A DNA stretch of 64,000 nucleotides from Planctomycetota bacterium (GTDB lineage Bacteria > Planctomycetota > UBA1135 > UBA2386), in contig JBKAGP010000001.1 of assembly GCA_046290465.1 (NCBI GenBank), positions 1,088,001-1,152,000 of the forward strand, given 5' to 3'. Numbering within the stretch: position 1 is the first letter of the stretch; each line of letters opens with the position of its first letter. This document shows, in pieces, positions 52,035 to 61,324 of this stretch. Below the pieces are notes generated by a model. That model saw only the letters and a list, made by a program, of their open reading frames with translations. It did no database searches and was not told the origin of the DNA. Position numbers and translations under genes: made by a program.

Positions 52035-53132
52035 ATGGCCGTGCCCGTTCCCCATGTCGCGATCGCCGTGCTGTGCGGCACCACCGGCGGCCCCGCCACC
52101 TACGGCCTGCGGCTGGTTGCGGCGCTGCGCGAACTCGGCGAGGTGCGGCTGTCGGTGCTGACCGACCGGCCGGCACCGTTCGACCTGCCGGGGGTCGACG
52201 CGATCGACCTGCCGATGAAGGGCGGCCTCGACCGCCTGCGCTGGCAGCACCTTGCGGTGCCGCGCGCGCTGCGCAAGCTCGCACCCGACGTCTACCACGA
52301 CACCAAGAACGCGCTGCCGCGCCGGCTGCCGTGTCCGGCCGTGGTCACGGTGCACGACCTCGCCTACCACACCGTGCCCGAGAGCTTCGGCTTCGCCTCG
52401 CGCTGGTTCCTCAAGGCGGCGACACGCGACGCCGTGCGCCGTGCCCGGGTCGTCGTGGTGCCGTCGCGGGCGACCGCCGCCGACCTGCAGCGGATCCACC
52501 CCGACCGCGGCGACCGGGTGCACGTCGTCCCGCACGGCATCGACCCGGCGCTCGCGGTCGCGCCCGAGCAGCTCGCCGACGCGCGCCGCCGCCTGTCGCT
52601 ACCCGACCCCTACGTGCTGCACGTCGGCACCATCCAGGCCCGCAAGAACGTCGACCTGGTCGTGCGCGGCGTGCGCGAACTGCGCCGCCGCGGCCTGCCG
52701 CATCGCGCGCTGGTCGTCGGCCGCCGCGGCTGGCTCGCCGAACGCGCGTTCGCCGAGATCGAACGCGACGACGCGGCCCGCTGGATCGAGCACGTCTCGC
52801 AGCAGGACCTGCACGCGTGCTACGCGGGCGCCGCCGCGTTCGCGTCGCCGTCGGCCTATGAGGGCTTCGGCTTCGCCGTCGCCGACGCGCTGGCGCACGG
52901 CGTGCCGACCTGCATCGCGGACATCAGCTCGTTGCCGGAGCTGTGCGGCGACGCGGCCGTGCGGCTGCCTGAGCTGTCCGGGGTCGCGATCGCCGACGCG
53001 CTCGAGCCGGTGCTGCGCTCGCACGAGCGCGGCCAGCAGCTGGCGATGGCCGGCCGGCGGCGCGCCGCCGAGTTCTCGTGGCAGGCCGCTGCCGAGGGCC
53101 ACCTGCGCGCCTACCGCGCCGCGCTCGCCTAG
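52035..53132 (+). CDS. GT4 glycosyltransferase (MtfB/WbdB-like)
   Basis: VVTVHDL, VVPHGID, HVGTIQARKN, PSAYEGFG, SSLPE, FSW..AA. Confidence 0.9.
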   Translation: MAVPVPHVAIAVLCGTTGGPATYGLRLVAALRELGEVRLSVLTDRPAPFDLPGVDAIDLPMKGGLDRLRWQHLAVPRALRKLAPDVYHDTKNALPRRLPCPAVVTVHDLAYHTVPESFGFASRWFLKAATRDAVRRARVVVVPSRATAADLQRIHPDRGDRVHVVPHGIDPALAVAPEQLADARRRLSLPDPYVLHVGTIQARKNVDLVVRGVRELRRRGLPHRALVVGRRGWLAERAFAEIERDDAARWIEHVSQQDLHACYAGAAAFASPSAYEGFGFAVADALAHGVPTCIADISSLPELCGDAAVRLPELSGVAIADALEPVLRSHERGQQLAMAGRRRAAEFSWQAAAEGHLRAYRAALA

Positions 53133-53215
53133 CAGGCAAAGCCCCAGCCGCACGCGTAGACGCCGCTTCCGCGATCACGATTGGCAGCGCGTCCACTACC
53201 TGGACGCGCTCCTAG
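53129..53215 (+). repeat. 87-bp dispersed REP/MITE-like element, copy 1
   Basis: CTAG...CTAG bounded; hairpin AGCGCGTCCA-N5-TGGACGCGCT; 78/87 identical to reverse complement of 62280-62366. Confidence 0.85.
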
Positions 53216-53231
53216 CCGGTCCGCCGCCCGG

Positions 53232-54632
53232 CTACTTCTTCGGCTTGCGCAGGATGTCGAGCAGTTCGCGGTCGAGGTCGCCGTCGCTGGCCTTGCCGTC
53301 GTCGGCAGCCGCCCCACCGTCGCCGAGCACCTTGTCGAGCGCCGACAGCGTGCTGCCGCCGGCCTGCTCCTCCTCACCGCCGAACACGCGATCGATCGCG
53401 CTCTGCCGCTGGCCCTCGTCGTCGTTGGCGTCGAGCGCCGCGAACGCCTCCTGCATCGACTCCTGCACGCTGTCGTCGCCGCCGCCGAAGTCGAGTCCCT
53501 GCAGCGCGTCGATGTCGCCGCTCGACGACAGGATGCCTTCCTTGCTGAGCCGGATCAGCATCGCGTAGACCTCGTGCAGCGGCAGGCCGAGCGTCGTCAC
53601 CAGAGACCGCGGCGTGGTGTCGCCGTTGATCTGTGACAGCAGTTTGATCTCCAGCACGCCGAGCGCGAGGTCGCCCATCCGCGCGAACATGTCGGCCTTC
53701 GGCTCGAGCGGCGCATCCGGGTCGGGGAAGATCGTCAGCATCTGCTTCCAGTCGTCGACCAGCTTGCTGCCCTCGAGCAGCAGCGAGGTGACGCCCAGAC
53801 GCAGGTCGTGTTCGGTCGCGAACTCAGGCAGCTCGTCGAGCTTCTTGTAGTAGAAGGCGTACGGCTCCGACTCGCGCATGAAGTCGAACAGCACCTCCTT
53901 GCCGAACATGCGCAGCACCTCGCGCAGTTCGTCGACCCCGAACACGCCCTTGTCGACCAGCGTCAGGATGCACGGCACGCCCTCCTTGGCGCGACGGCTC
54001 TCCGCCTCGGTGATCGCCGTGTCGGGGATCTCGCGGTGCTTCATCGCGTCGCCGCCCGGCAGCACCCGTCGGATCAGGTGGTGCGGGTCAAGGAAGAAGA
54101 TGCGCCCATCGGCGATGTAGATGTCGAGCCGGTTGTCGCCCTTCTCCAGGCTGAGGCAGCCCAGGTGCTTGCCGGCGGCGAGCATCTGCATCACCTCCTC
54201 GACGGAGATGAAGTCGGTGCGACCGGCGAAGTTGAAGTCCTTGCCGCCGGAGTTCGAACGGATCAGCGACTGGTCGAACGCCTTGGCGAACTCCGACAGC
54301 GTCGTCACCGAGAACAGCAGCCCCATCACCCACTCGGCGGCGCGCAGCGCCGTCACGTCGTCCTCGCTGCGCAAGAACAGGTGCATGCCGCGGCGCATGC
54401 GCGTGAACAGCATCTCGCCGAGGAAATCGCGCGTGTCGGTCTTGGTGCCCTCCATGCGCAGCTTGCGCTCGACCAGTTCCTGCACCCGCGCCAGCAGGTG
54501 CACGAACTCCGACTCGTACTGCTCGTCGTCCTTCTCGACCAGCGCCGTTACGAACGCGCCGATCTTCGCCTGCAAGTCGGCGGAGAGCTCGGCCGACGCG
54601 TTCGCTTCGGTTGGGTTCTGGGAGTCTGGCAC
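53232..54632 (-). CDS. DUF4388 (PatA-N-like) domain protein with acidic tail
   Basis: F.G....IS..EV.QML...K..G.L.L....I..G.I pattern; LLLEG....DDW; start uncertain (GTG 54632). Confidence 0.7.
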   Translation of the reverse strand: MPDSQNPTEANASAELSADLQAKIGAFVTALVEKDDEQYESEFVHLLARVQELVERKLRMEGTKTDTRDFLGEMLFTRMRRGMHLFLRSEDDVTALRAAEWVMGLLFSVTTLSEFAKAFDQSLIRSNSGGKDFNFAGRTDFISVEEVMQMLAAGKHLGCLSLEKGDNRLDIYIADGRIFFLDPHHLIRRVLPGGDAMKHREIPDTAITEAESRRAKEGVPCILTLVDKGVFGVDELREVLRMFGKEVLFDFMRESEPYAFYYKKLDELPEFATEHDLRLGVTSLLLEGSKLVDDWKQMLTIFPDPDAPLEPKADMFARMGDLALGVLEIKLLSQINGDTTPRSLVTTLGLPLHEVYAMLIRLSKEGILSSSGDIDALQGLDFGGGDDSVQESMQEAFAALDANDDEGQRQSAIDRVFGGEEEQAGGSTLSALDKVLGDGGAAADDGKASDGDLDRELLDILRKPKK

Positions 54633-54788
54633 GGCACTCTCATCTCGTCGTTTCGCGGCGGGTTTCTTGACGCCCTTTGGCCCCTTAGGGGTTTCCCCGA
54701 CCCGATCGCCCCCTGGCGGCGCGGCCGCTCCCGACCTACAACTCCCATCGGACTGGAGCGTCGCCGCCCCCTCGGACGATGATCGGTC

Positions 54789-55781
54789 GTGACCGGAGCC
54801 CTTCGAAACGTGACCCCGACTTCCCTCGACGAACACCAGAAGGCGGCCCGCGAGCTGCTGCACTCGCTGCAGCTCGAGGAGGTCGAGCAGCCGCGACCGT
54901 TCGAGTCGGGCCACCGCTCGAGCCTGCCGCTGCTCGGCCGCAACGGCGCCGGCCGCACGTTCCTGCTCAAGTACTACCTGCCGGTCGACCCCGACACGAT
55001 CCTGCCCGCGCTGGTCCGCGCCGACGACTACGCGCGCCGCGAGACCGGCTTCTACCGGCTGCTCGACAGCGTCGACGCCGAACGTCGCGAGTTCCCGGCA
55101 CCGCGCACGATCGCGATGGGACCGGGCGAACCGGCGCCGTGGCTGCTGCTCGAGTGGCTGCCGTCGGCCGTCGGCCCGGCCGAGGAGGTCATCGGCCAGG
55201 AGCACGTGCTCGAACTGCTGCAGAAGGTCTCGGCGCTGCCGACCGAGCGCCTGATGGGCCGCCGCGGCTTCCCGCTCGAGCACTGGGATCCGATCGGCTA
55301 CCTCGACCGCATCCGCCACATGTACGACGCCGTGCTGTTCGTGCTCGGCGAGGACCGCTGGCGGCAGCTGCAGCGCTTCTTCGGCGAAGCCGTGCGCTGG
55401 ACCGACGGTCGGCCGCACGTGATGGTGCACGGCGACTTCCAGGAGAACAACATCGTCGTGACCGACGAGGACCGCGCGTTCCTGGTCGACTTCGAGTGCG
55501 TCGGCATCGGCAACCGCGACCACGACTTCGCGTGGTATTGGCTGCACAGCGAGCGCCACCCCGAGTGGAAGCGCAACCTGCTGCTGCGCTGGCTCGGTGG
55601 CGCCGTCGGCGGCGATCGCATCCGCGCCGAATGGGGCATCCGCAGCGCGATCGCCTACCTCGCGATCCGGCGGCTGCGTTGGGGCTACCTGACCCACGGC
55701 GACGAGGATCCGCGCGCCAGCGCCAACCTGGCCCTGCTGGACGCGGCGCTCGAAGGCGGCGGGTCGCTGTTCCCGGCCTGG
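54789..55781 (+). CDS. APH/choline-kinase-family phosphotransferase (no stop codon; reads in frame into the ECF gene)
   Basis: FLLKYY, RE..FY, LLLEWL, Brenner motif HGDFQENNIV, VDFE; end coordinate is inferred domain end. Confidence 0.75.
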
Positions 55782-55985
55782 CTACGCCCAGCGATCCGGC
55801 GGCTGCCCCGCCACATTCCACGGAAATTCCAGCGCCTATGCGCGGCGGCAGCAGGTGCCACGAATCGTAGGCACCAGGGGTTGAGGAACCGCCGACCGAA
55901 ATCCGTAACCACCTCCCAACAAGCGTCTTACGTCTTTCCTGGCCAGACGGGAGCGGGTTGGCACGCCAGTTGTCATGCCTCCGTC

Positions 55986-56609
55986 ATGACCGCCCGCATC
56001 CCGCAAGAGACGTTCACGGACGAGGACCTCGTCCAGCAGCTCCAGGCAGGTGAGACCGAGCTCGCGATGACCGAGCTCGAGCGGCGCTACGGCAAGCGCA
56101 TCCACCACTTCGTGCAGGGCATGGTGCGCGACCCGCACCTGGCGAGCGACGTCACGCAGGAGGTCTTCGAGAAGGTCCTGCTGAAGAACGACCTCTACCG
56201 GCCGGGCACCAACTTCCGCGCGTGGCTGTTCGAGGTCGCCCGCAACCAGGCGCTGACGATGCTGCGCAGCCGCAACCGCCTGCCACGCCCGGTCAGCACC
56301 CTGCAGACCGCCAGCGGCGAAGAGGGCGACTTCCTCGACAACGTGCCGGCCCGCAGCGAGAGCCAGGACCTGGTCGAGGAGGAGTTCATGACCGCGTTCC
56401 AGCAGGCGGTCGACGACCTGCCCGAGCACTACCGGATCGTGTTCGACCTGTGCGTACGCAAGGGCCGCGCCTACCAGGACGCCGGCAAGGAGCTCGGCCT
56501 GCCGACCGGCACGGTCGCGATCCGGATCATGCGCGCGCGCAAGAAGCTGTTCACCGCGCTGCAGCACCACCTCGGCCGCCTGCGCCGTCCGCCGGCCTGC
56601 TTCCAGTAG
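55986..56609 (+). CDS. ECF sigma factor
   Basis: TDEDLV, ASDVTQEVF, FRAWLFEVARN, LPEHYR.VF.L, LP.GTV..RI.RAR. Confidence 0.9.
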   Translation: MTARIPQETFTDEDLVQQLQAGETELAMTELERRYGKRIHHFVQGMVRDPHLASDVTQEVFEKVLLKNDLYRPGTNFRAWLFEVARNQALTMLRSRNRLPRPVSTLQTASGEEGDFLDNVPARSESQDLVEEEFMTAFQQAVDDLPEHYRIVFDLCVRKGRAYQDAGKELGLPTGTVAIRIMRARKKLFTALQHHLGRLRRPPACFQ

Positions 56610-56621
56610 CGGCGACCGCGG

Positions 56622-57344
56622 CTACACTGCGATGCCGAGCTCCCCGAACGCCTCGTCGGCGAGCCGTTCCCAGCCCTGGTTGGCGGCCGGGGACGCCGGG
56701 CTCGGATGCGGAATGCGGCCGACGCGGAACCGCCCCTGCTCGACCTCGCCGGCGAACACCTTGCGGATGCGCGTCTCGGCGAATGCGCCGACGCCGACCA
56801 CCCACTCGGGCTCGAGCGCCGCGACGACCTGCTTCAGCACGCGGTCGCAGACCTCGAACAGCGGCCGGGTCTCGACCTTCTTGAGCTTGTCGGGCGTCAG
56901 GTTGGCGCCGGTCTCGCCGAGGAACGCCAGCGGGCAGTAGTTGTAGACGAAGAACCTGCGGAAGAACCGCTGCGGCGTGACGAAGCGCTGCGCCGCCCAG
57001 CCCCACAGCCGGCGACCCGACACTTCGCTGCGCGTCGACTGCAGGCCGAGGATCGGCCGCTTCTCGTGTTCGACCCGCGGACGTTCGACCTCGCCGCGCA
57101 GCCCCATCCACGAGCGCACCGCCTCGACCTCCCCGAACGGCACGCCGGTCTGCACCATCCCGAACGGGCCCGGGTTCATGCCGAGCAGCACGACCTGCTT
57201 GCGGCCGCGCCCGAACCGTTCGAGATACTGCCGGTGCAGCTGCCAGGCGTAGACCAGCGGGTTGTAGACGCACGCCACCGGCCCCGTGAACGTCAGCCGG
57301 TCCAGCTCCGGATTGGCGCGCGAGACGATGCGACTGAGGCTCAT
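56622..57344 (-). CDS. SMUG1-type (family 3) uracil-DNA glycosylase
   Basis: YNPL.YA, LGMNPGPFGMVQTGVPFG, RSEVSG.R.W, NYCPL.F, N.TP, HPSP. Confidence 0.93.
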   Translation of the reverse strand: MSLSRIVSRANPELDRLTFTGPVACVYNPLVYAWQLHRQYLERFGRGRKQVVLLGMNPGPFGMVQTGVPFGEVEAVRSWMGLRGEVERPRVEHEKRPILGLQSTRSEVSGRRLWGWAAQRFVTPQRFFRRFFVYNYCPLAFLGETGANLTPDKLKKVETRPLFEVCDRVLKQVVAALEPEWVVGVGAFAETRIRKVFAGEVEQGRFRVGRIPHPSPASPAANQGWERLADEAFGELGIAV

Positions 57345-57391
57345 GCACCCACCATATCGGCGAGGCATGCGCGCCCGCAAATCCGCAGCGG

Positions 57392-57790
57392 CTACCGGTC
57401 GCGGAAGCCGAGCGCGACCAGCAGGCACGGACCACCAGCGAGCACCTCGAGGCCGTGTTCGCGGGCGTGGTCGACGGCGTCGGGGTCCTCGGCACCCGGC
57501 TGGAACCAGAGCTGGCGCACGCCGCTCGCGATGGCGTCGTCGACGATCGAGCGGGCCAGCGCCGGCGGGGTGACGACGCTGACCGCGCGCGGCTCGCCCG
57601 GCACCTCGCGCAACGACGGGTAGCAGGGCTGCCCCTCGACCTCGTCGGCGCGCGGATGCACGCCGACGACCGGCAGGCCGTGCTGCGCGTAGCAGCGCAG
57701 CACCTTGTTGCCGAACTTGGCGCGGTCGCCGCTGGCGCCGACGACGGCGAACCTGCCGACGGCCAGGAAGCGATCGATCTGGTCCTGCAT
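57392..57790 (-). CDS. CoA-binding protein (YccU-like)
   Basis: AVVGAS.DR.KFG, V.P, YPSL, LWFQPGAE, GPC. Confidence 0.9.
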   Translation of the reverse strand: MQDQIDRFLAVGRFAVVGASGDRAKFGNKVLRCYAQHGLPVVGVHPRADEVEGQPCYPSLREVPGEPRAVSVVTPPALARSIVDDAIASGVRQLWFQPGAEDPDAVDHAREHGLEVLAGGPCLLVALGFRDR

Positions 57791-57804
57791 CGCCGCCACC
57801 TCGA

Positions 57805-59490
57805 CTACCAGCCCTGCTGGCGGCCGAGGGTCTTCGGGCGCTCGTCGGCGTTGGCGACGTGCCAGCCGGTCCAGAACGCCAGCCGCGCGATGCGCTGCAT
57901 CTTGTCGGCGTCGAGCTTGTCGGCGTGGTCGGTGACCTGGTGGTAGTCCTCGTGCTCGCCGTTGCAGAAGAACACCACCGGGATGCCCTTCTTGGCGAAG
58001 TTGTAGTGGTCGCTGCGGCGGTAGTACTTGTCGCCGCTCGAGAACGTCACGTCCATCGTCTTGGCGAACGCCGCCGAGTCGCGCACGATCGTCGAGAACT
58101 TGCCGTGCTTGTAGCTCGGCGTGACCGTGACCTCCATCGCGCCCGACTCCGGACCGCTGCGGCCGATCATGTCGGTGTTGATGTTGGCGACCAGCTGGTC
58201 GAGCGGCCAGGTCGGGTTGTCGCTGTAGAACTGCGAGCCCCACAGGCCGAGCTCCTCGCCCGACACCGACAGGAACACGATGCTGCGGCGCGGCCGCTGC
58301 TCGGCCTTGGCATACGCGGTCGCGATCGCCAGCAGACCGGCCGAGCCCGACGCGTTGTCGTCGGCGCCGTTGAAGACGTCGCCGTCCATGCGCTTGCCGA
58401 CGTGGTCCATGTGCGCCGAGTAGACGATCGCCTCGTCGCGCAGCGCCGGGTCGCTGCCGCGCAGCACCGCGCAGACGTTGCTGGCCCGCGCCTCGCCGTC
58501 GTGCTTGACCTGCAGCGTGAGCTTGCAGGCGACCTCGTCCTTGCCCTCCGGCCGCTCGTCGCCGCCCTCGACGAACGCCCCGAACGCCTCGAAGTCGACG
58601 TCGAGTTCGGCGAGCACCGCCTTGCTGGCGCCCGGCGACAGCACCAGCGTCGGCACGCCGCCGCTGCGGGCCAGCCGCCCCATCATCGCCATGCCGTTGT
58701 CGGCGCCGGGGAAGTTGGGCGTGACCATCGCCTTGCCCGGCGACAGCGCGACGTAGTTGAGCACGTCGCACAGCCCGACCTTGTCCTCGTACTGCACGAA
58801 CACGACCGCGTCGGCGCCGGCCTTCGCGAGGTTGCGCGCGGTCGCGCCGATCTTCTGCAGCAGGCCGAACGACATGCCGAACTTCTGCTCGACACCGAGG
58901 CCCGCCGGCACGTTGCCGCGCGGCGGCTTGATCGCGACGACCGCGACCTTGCCGCCGAGGTCGGCGTTCTCGGGCACGTCGCGCGAGGCGCCGCGGGTGC
59001 GACCGAAGCCGAGCCACGCGGCCTTGCCCTCGAGCGCGACCTTCGTCTCACTGGCGCCGAGGATCGCGTAGCCCTCGGCGAGGTTGGTGGCGCCGACCTG
59101 CACCGAGGAATCGTCGGTCACGAACGTGCGCTCGATGCCGTAGTGCTGGAACCACGAGCGTTCGCCGTCCGAAGCTCCGTCGGGGTCGACCAGATCGCCC
59201 ATCGGCGTCAGCCCGAGCTTCTCGAAGTGCTGCGCGATGTACTTGGCGGCCGCGTGCTGGCCCGGCGAGCCGGTCAGGCGCCCTTCGAGCTCGTCGGACG
59301 CCAGGAACGTCGCATGCGCGAGCAGCTGGCGGGCCTGGATCTGCTCGATCGCCGCTGGCGGCCGGGTCTGGGTCGCGGGCGCGGCAGAGTCCTGCGCCAC
59401 CAGCCCGGTCCCGACGAGGAACGTCGACGTCAGCAGTGCAGAGGAGAGGAGAACGGTCGGCTTCCACGAAGCGGTCGGCAGTCGGAGCAT
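57805..59490 (-). CDS. Secreted M28 metallopeptidase with PA-like insert
   Basis: LASDELEGR.TG, SAHMDHVG, NGADDNASG, GEELGLWGS, NTDMIGR, RSDHYNF, DYHQ..D. Confidence 0.93.
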   Translation of the reverse strand: MLRLPTASWKPTVLLSSALLTSTFLVGTGLVAQDSAAPATQTRPPAAIEQIQARQLLAHATFLASDELEGRLTGSPGQHAAAKYIAQHFEKLGLTPMGDLVDPDGASDGERSWFQHYGIERTFVTDDSSVQVGATNLAEGYAILGASETKVALEGKAAWLGFGRTRGASRDVPENADLGGKVAVVAIKPPRGNVPAGLGVEQKFGMSFGLLQKIGATARNLAKAGADAVVFVQYEDKVGLCDVLNYVALSPGKAMVTPNFPGADNGMAMMGRLARSGGVPTLVLSPGASKAVLAELDVDFEAFGAFVEGGDERPEGKDEVACKLTLQVKHDGEARASNVCAVLRGSDPALRDEAIVYSAHMDHVGKRMDGDVFNGADDNASGSAGLLAIATAYAKAEQRPRRSIVFLSVSGEELGLWGSQFYSDNPTWPLDQLVANINTDMIGRSGPESGAMEVTVTPSYKHGKFSTIVRDSAAFAKTMDVTFSSGDKYYRRSDHYNFAKKGIPVVFFCNGEHEDYHQVTDHADKLDADKMQRIARLAFWTGWHVANADERPKTLGRQQGW

Positions 59491-59605
59491 GCGGAGGAGT
59501 CTGGTTGGTATCGGGGCGGTCGCCGGTCAGAATGCGACGACAAACGAGCGGAGTGGCCGGAGCCTCCCGGCAACTGTCGCCCGTCCTCGCCCGGAACCCG
59601 GAATC

Positions 59606-61324
59606 ATGCCGAGACCCCCACTCGATCGCCGCTCGTTCCTGCTCGCGGCCGGGGCCGCGCCGCTGGCCGCCCCGCTGGTAGCTCCGCTGGTAGCTCCGTC
59701 GGCCCCGCACCCGGGCGATCCCGAGGACATGGCGGCGTTCGGCCGCCTCGTCGGGCTGACGTTCGACGACGACGAGACCGCCCAGGCCGACGACCAGCTC
59801 GATCGCTACCGCCGCGACTACGCGGCGCTGCGACGCAGCGAGATCTCGTTCGAGATGTCGCCGAGCACCGCGTTCGACCCGTTCCCGCCCGGCGTCGCGG
59901 CCGGCATCCCGACCGGTCGCACCCCGATCGAGATCCCGACCGACGTGGCGATGCCGGCGAGCGACGCCGACCTCGCGTTCGCCACCGTGCTCGAGCTGGC
60001 CAGCCTGCTGCGCCAGGGCAAGGTCACGTCGCGGCGCCTGACCGAACTGGCGCTGGCGCGGCTGCGGCGGTTCGACCCGGACCTCGTCTGCGTCGTCAAC
60101 CTGCTCGAGCAACAGGCGCTCGCCGACGCCGACCGTCGCGACCGGGAACTGGCCGAAGGCGTCGACCGCGGCCCCTTGCACGGCATCCCGTACGGCGCCA
60201 AGGACCTGTTCGCGTGGCCGGGCGCGCCGACCACGTTCGGCGCCGCGCCCTTCGAGCAGCAGCAGTGGAACGTGCAGGCCACCCCGCTGCGACGCCTGCA
60301 CGAGGCCGGCGCCGTGCTGTGCGCCAAGCTGTCGCTGGGTGCGCTGGCGATGGGCGACCTGTGGCACAAGGGCCGCACCCGCAACCCGTACAACCCCGAA
60401 CAGGGCAGCTCCGGCTCGTCCGCCGGCAGCGCCAGCGCCGTCGCCGCGGGCCTGCTGCCGTTCGCGCTCGGCACCGAGACGCTCGGCTCGATCGTGTCGC
60501 CGTGCCGACGCTGCGGCGTCGGCGGCCTGCGTCCGACGTTCGGCGCGGTCAGCCGCTTCGGCGCGATGCCGCTGTCGTGGACGATGGACAAGGTCGGCCC
60601 GATCGCGCGCAGCGCGACCTGCGCCGGCATCGTGTTCGACGCCATCCGCGGCGCCGACGACAAGGACCCGGCTGCCCGCGACACCGCCTTCGACTGGCGA
60701 CGCGGCCAGAGCTCCGCCGGCCAGAGCCCCGACGGCCAGAGCCTCGCCGGCCTGCGTGTCGGCGTGCTGCAGGTGCGCGGCTGGCCCCGCAGCGACGACG
60801 ACCGCGCGTTCCTGCAGTGGCTCGAGGATCGCACCGGCGCCCCGCAGCAGATCACCCTGCCCGATGCCCCCTACGGAGCGATGCTGCTGATGCTGCACGC
60901 CGAGGCGGCCGCCGCGTTCGACGAACTGACCCGCAGCGGCGACGACGACCAGCTGCCCGGCCAGCGCGCCAACGACTGGCCGAACTCGTTCCGCAGCTCG
61001 CGCACGATCCCGGCCGTCGAGTACCTGCAGGCCAGCCGGCTGCGCCTGAAGCTGATGCAGGACCTGCACGCAGCGCTGCGCGGCATCGACGTGCTGGTAT
61101 CGCCGACGCACGGCGGCCCGACGCTGACCGCCACCAACCTCAGCGGCCACCCGACGCTGGTACTGCCGATCGGCCGCAGCAGCCGCGACCGCGACGGCGG
61201 CCGCCCGAACCTGATCGCCCTGACCGGCCAGCTCGACGGTGAGGGCCCGCTGCTGCAGGTCGCCGAGGCCTGGCAGCGCGACACCGACTGGCACCTGACC
61301 CGACCCGAGTTGAGCAACCGATGA
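59606..61324 (+). CDS. Tat-exported amidase-signature family amidase
   Basis: DRRSFL twin-Arg; GPLHGIPYGAKDL, GSSGSSAGSA, GTETLGSIVSP. Confidence 0.92.
   Translation: MPRPPLDRRSFLLAAGAAPLAAPLVAPLVAPSAPHPGDPEDMAAFGRLVGLTFDDDETAQADDQLDRYRRDYAALRRSEISFEMSPSTAFDPFPPGVAAGIPTGRTPIEIPTDVAMPASDADLAFATVLELASLLRQGKVTSRRLTELALARLRRFDPDLVCVVNLLEQQALADADRRDRELAEGVDRGPLHGIPYGAKDLFAWPGAPTTFGAAPFEQQQWNVQATPLRRLHEAGAVLCAKLSLGALAMGDLWHKGRTRNPYNPEQGSSGSSAGSASAVAAGLLPFALGTETLGSIVSPCRRCGVGGLRPTFGAVSRFGAMPLSWTMDKVGPIARSATCAGIVFDAIRGADDKDPAARDTAFDWRRGQSSAGQSPDGQSLAGLRVGVLQVRGWPRSDDDRAFLQWLEDRTGAPQQITLPDAPYGAMLLMLHAEAAAAFDELTRSGDDDQLPGQRANDWPNSFRSSRTIPAVEYLQASRLRLKLMQDLHAALRGIDVLVSPTHGGPTLTATNLSGHPTLVLPIGRSSRDRDGGRPNLIALTGQLDGEGPLLQVAEAWQRDTDWHLTRPELSNR

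Noticed and set aside
50595..52535. Apparent 1061-aa adenosine deaminase fusion
   Set aside because: Extension is antisense to the kinase-MTase and GT4 genes; ADA starts at 50594
55885..55935. ECF autoregulatory promoter (GGAACC/GTAACC...CGTC)
   Set aside because: Spacing between AAC and CGT elements is shorter than the usual 16-17 bp; cannot be supported
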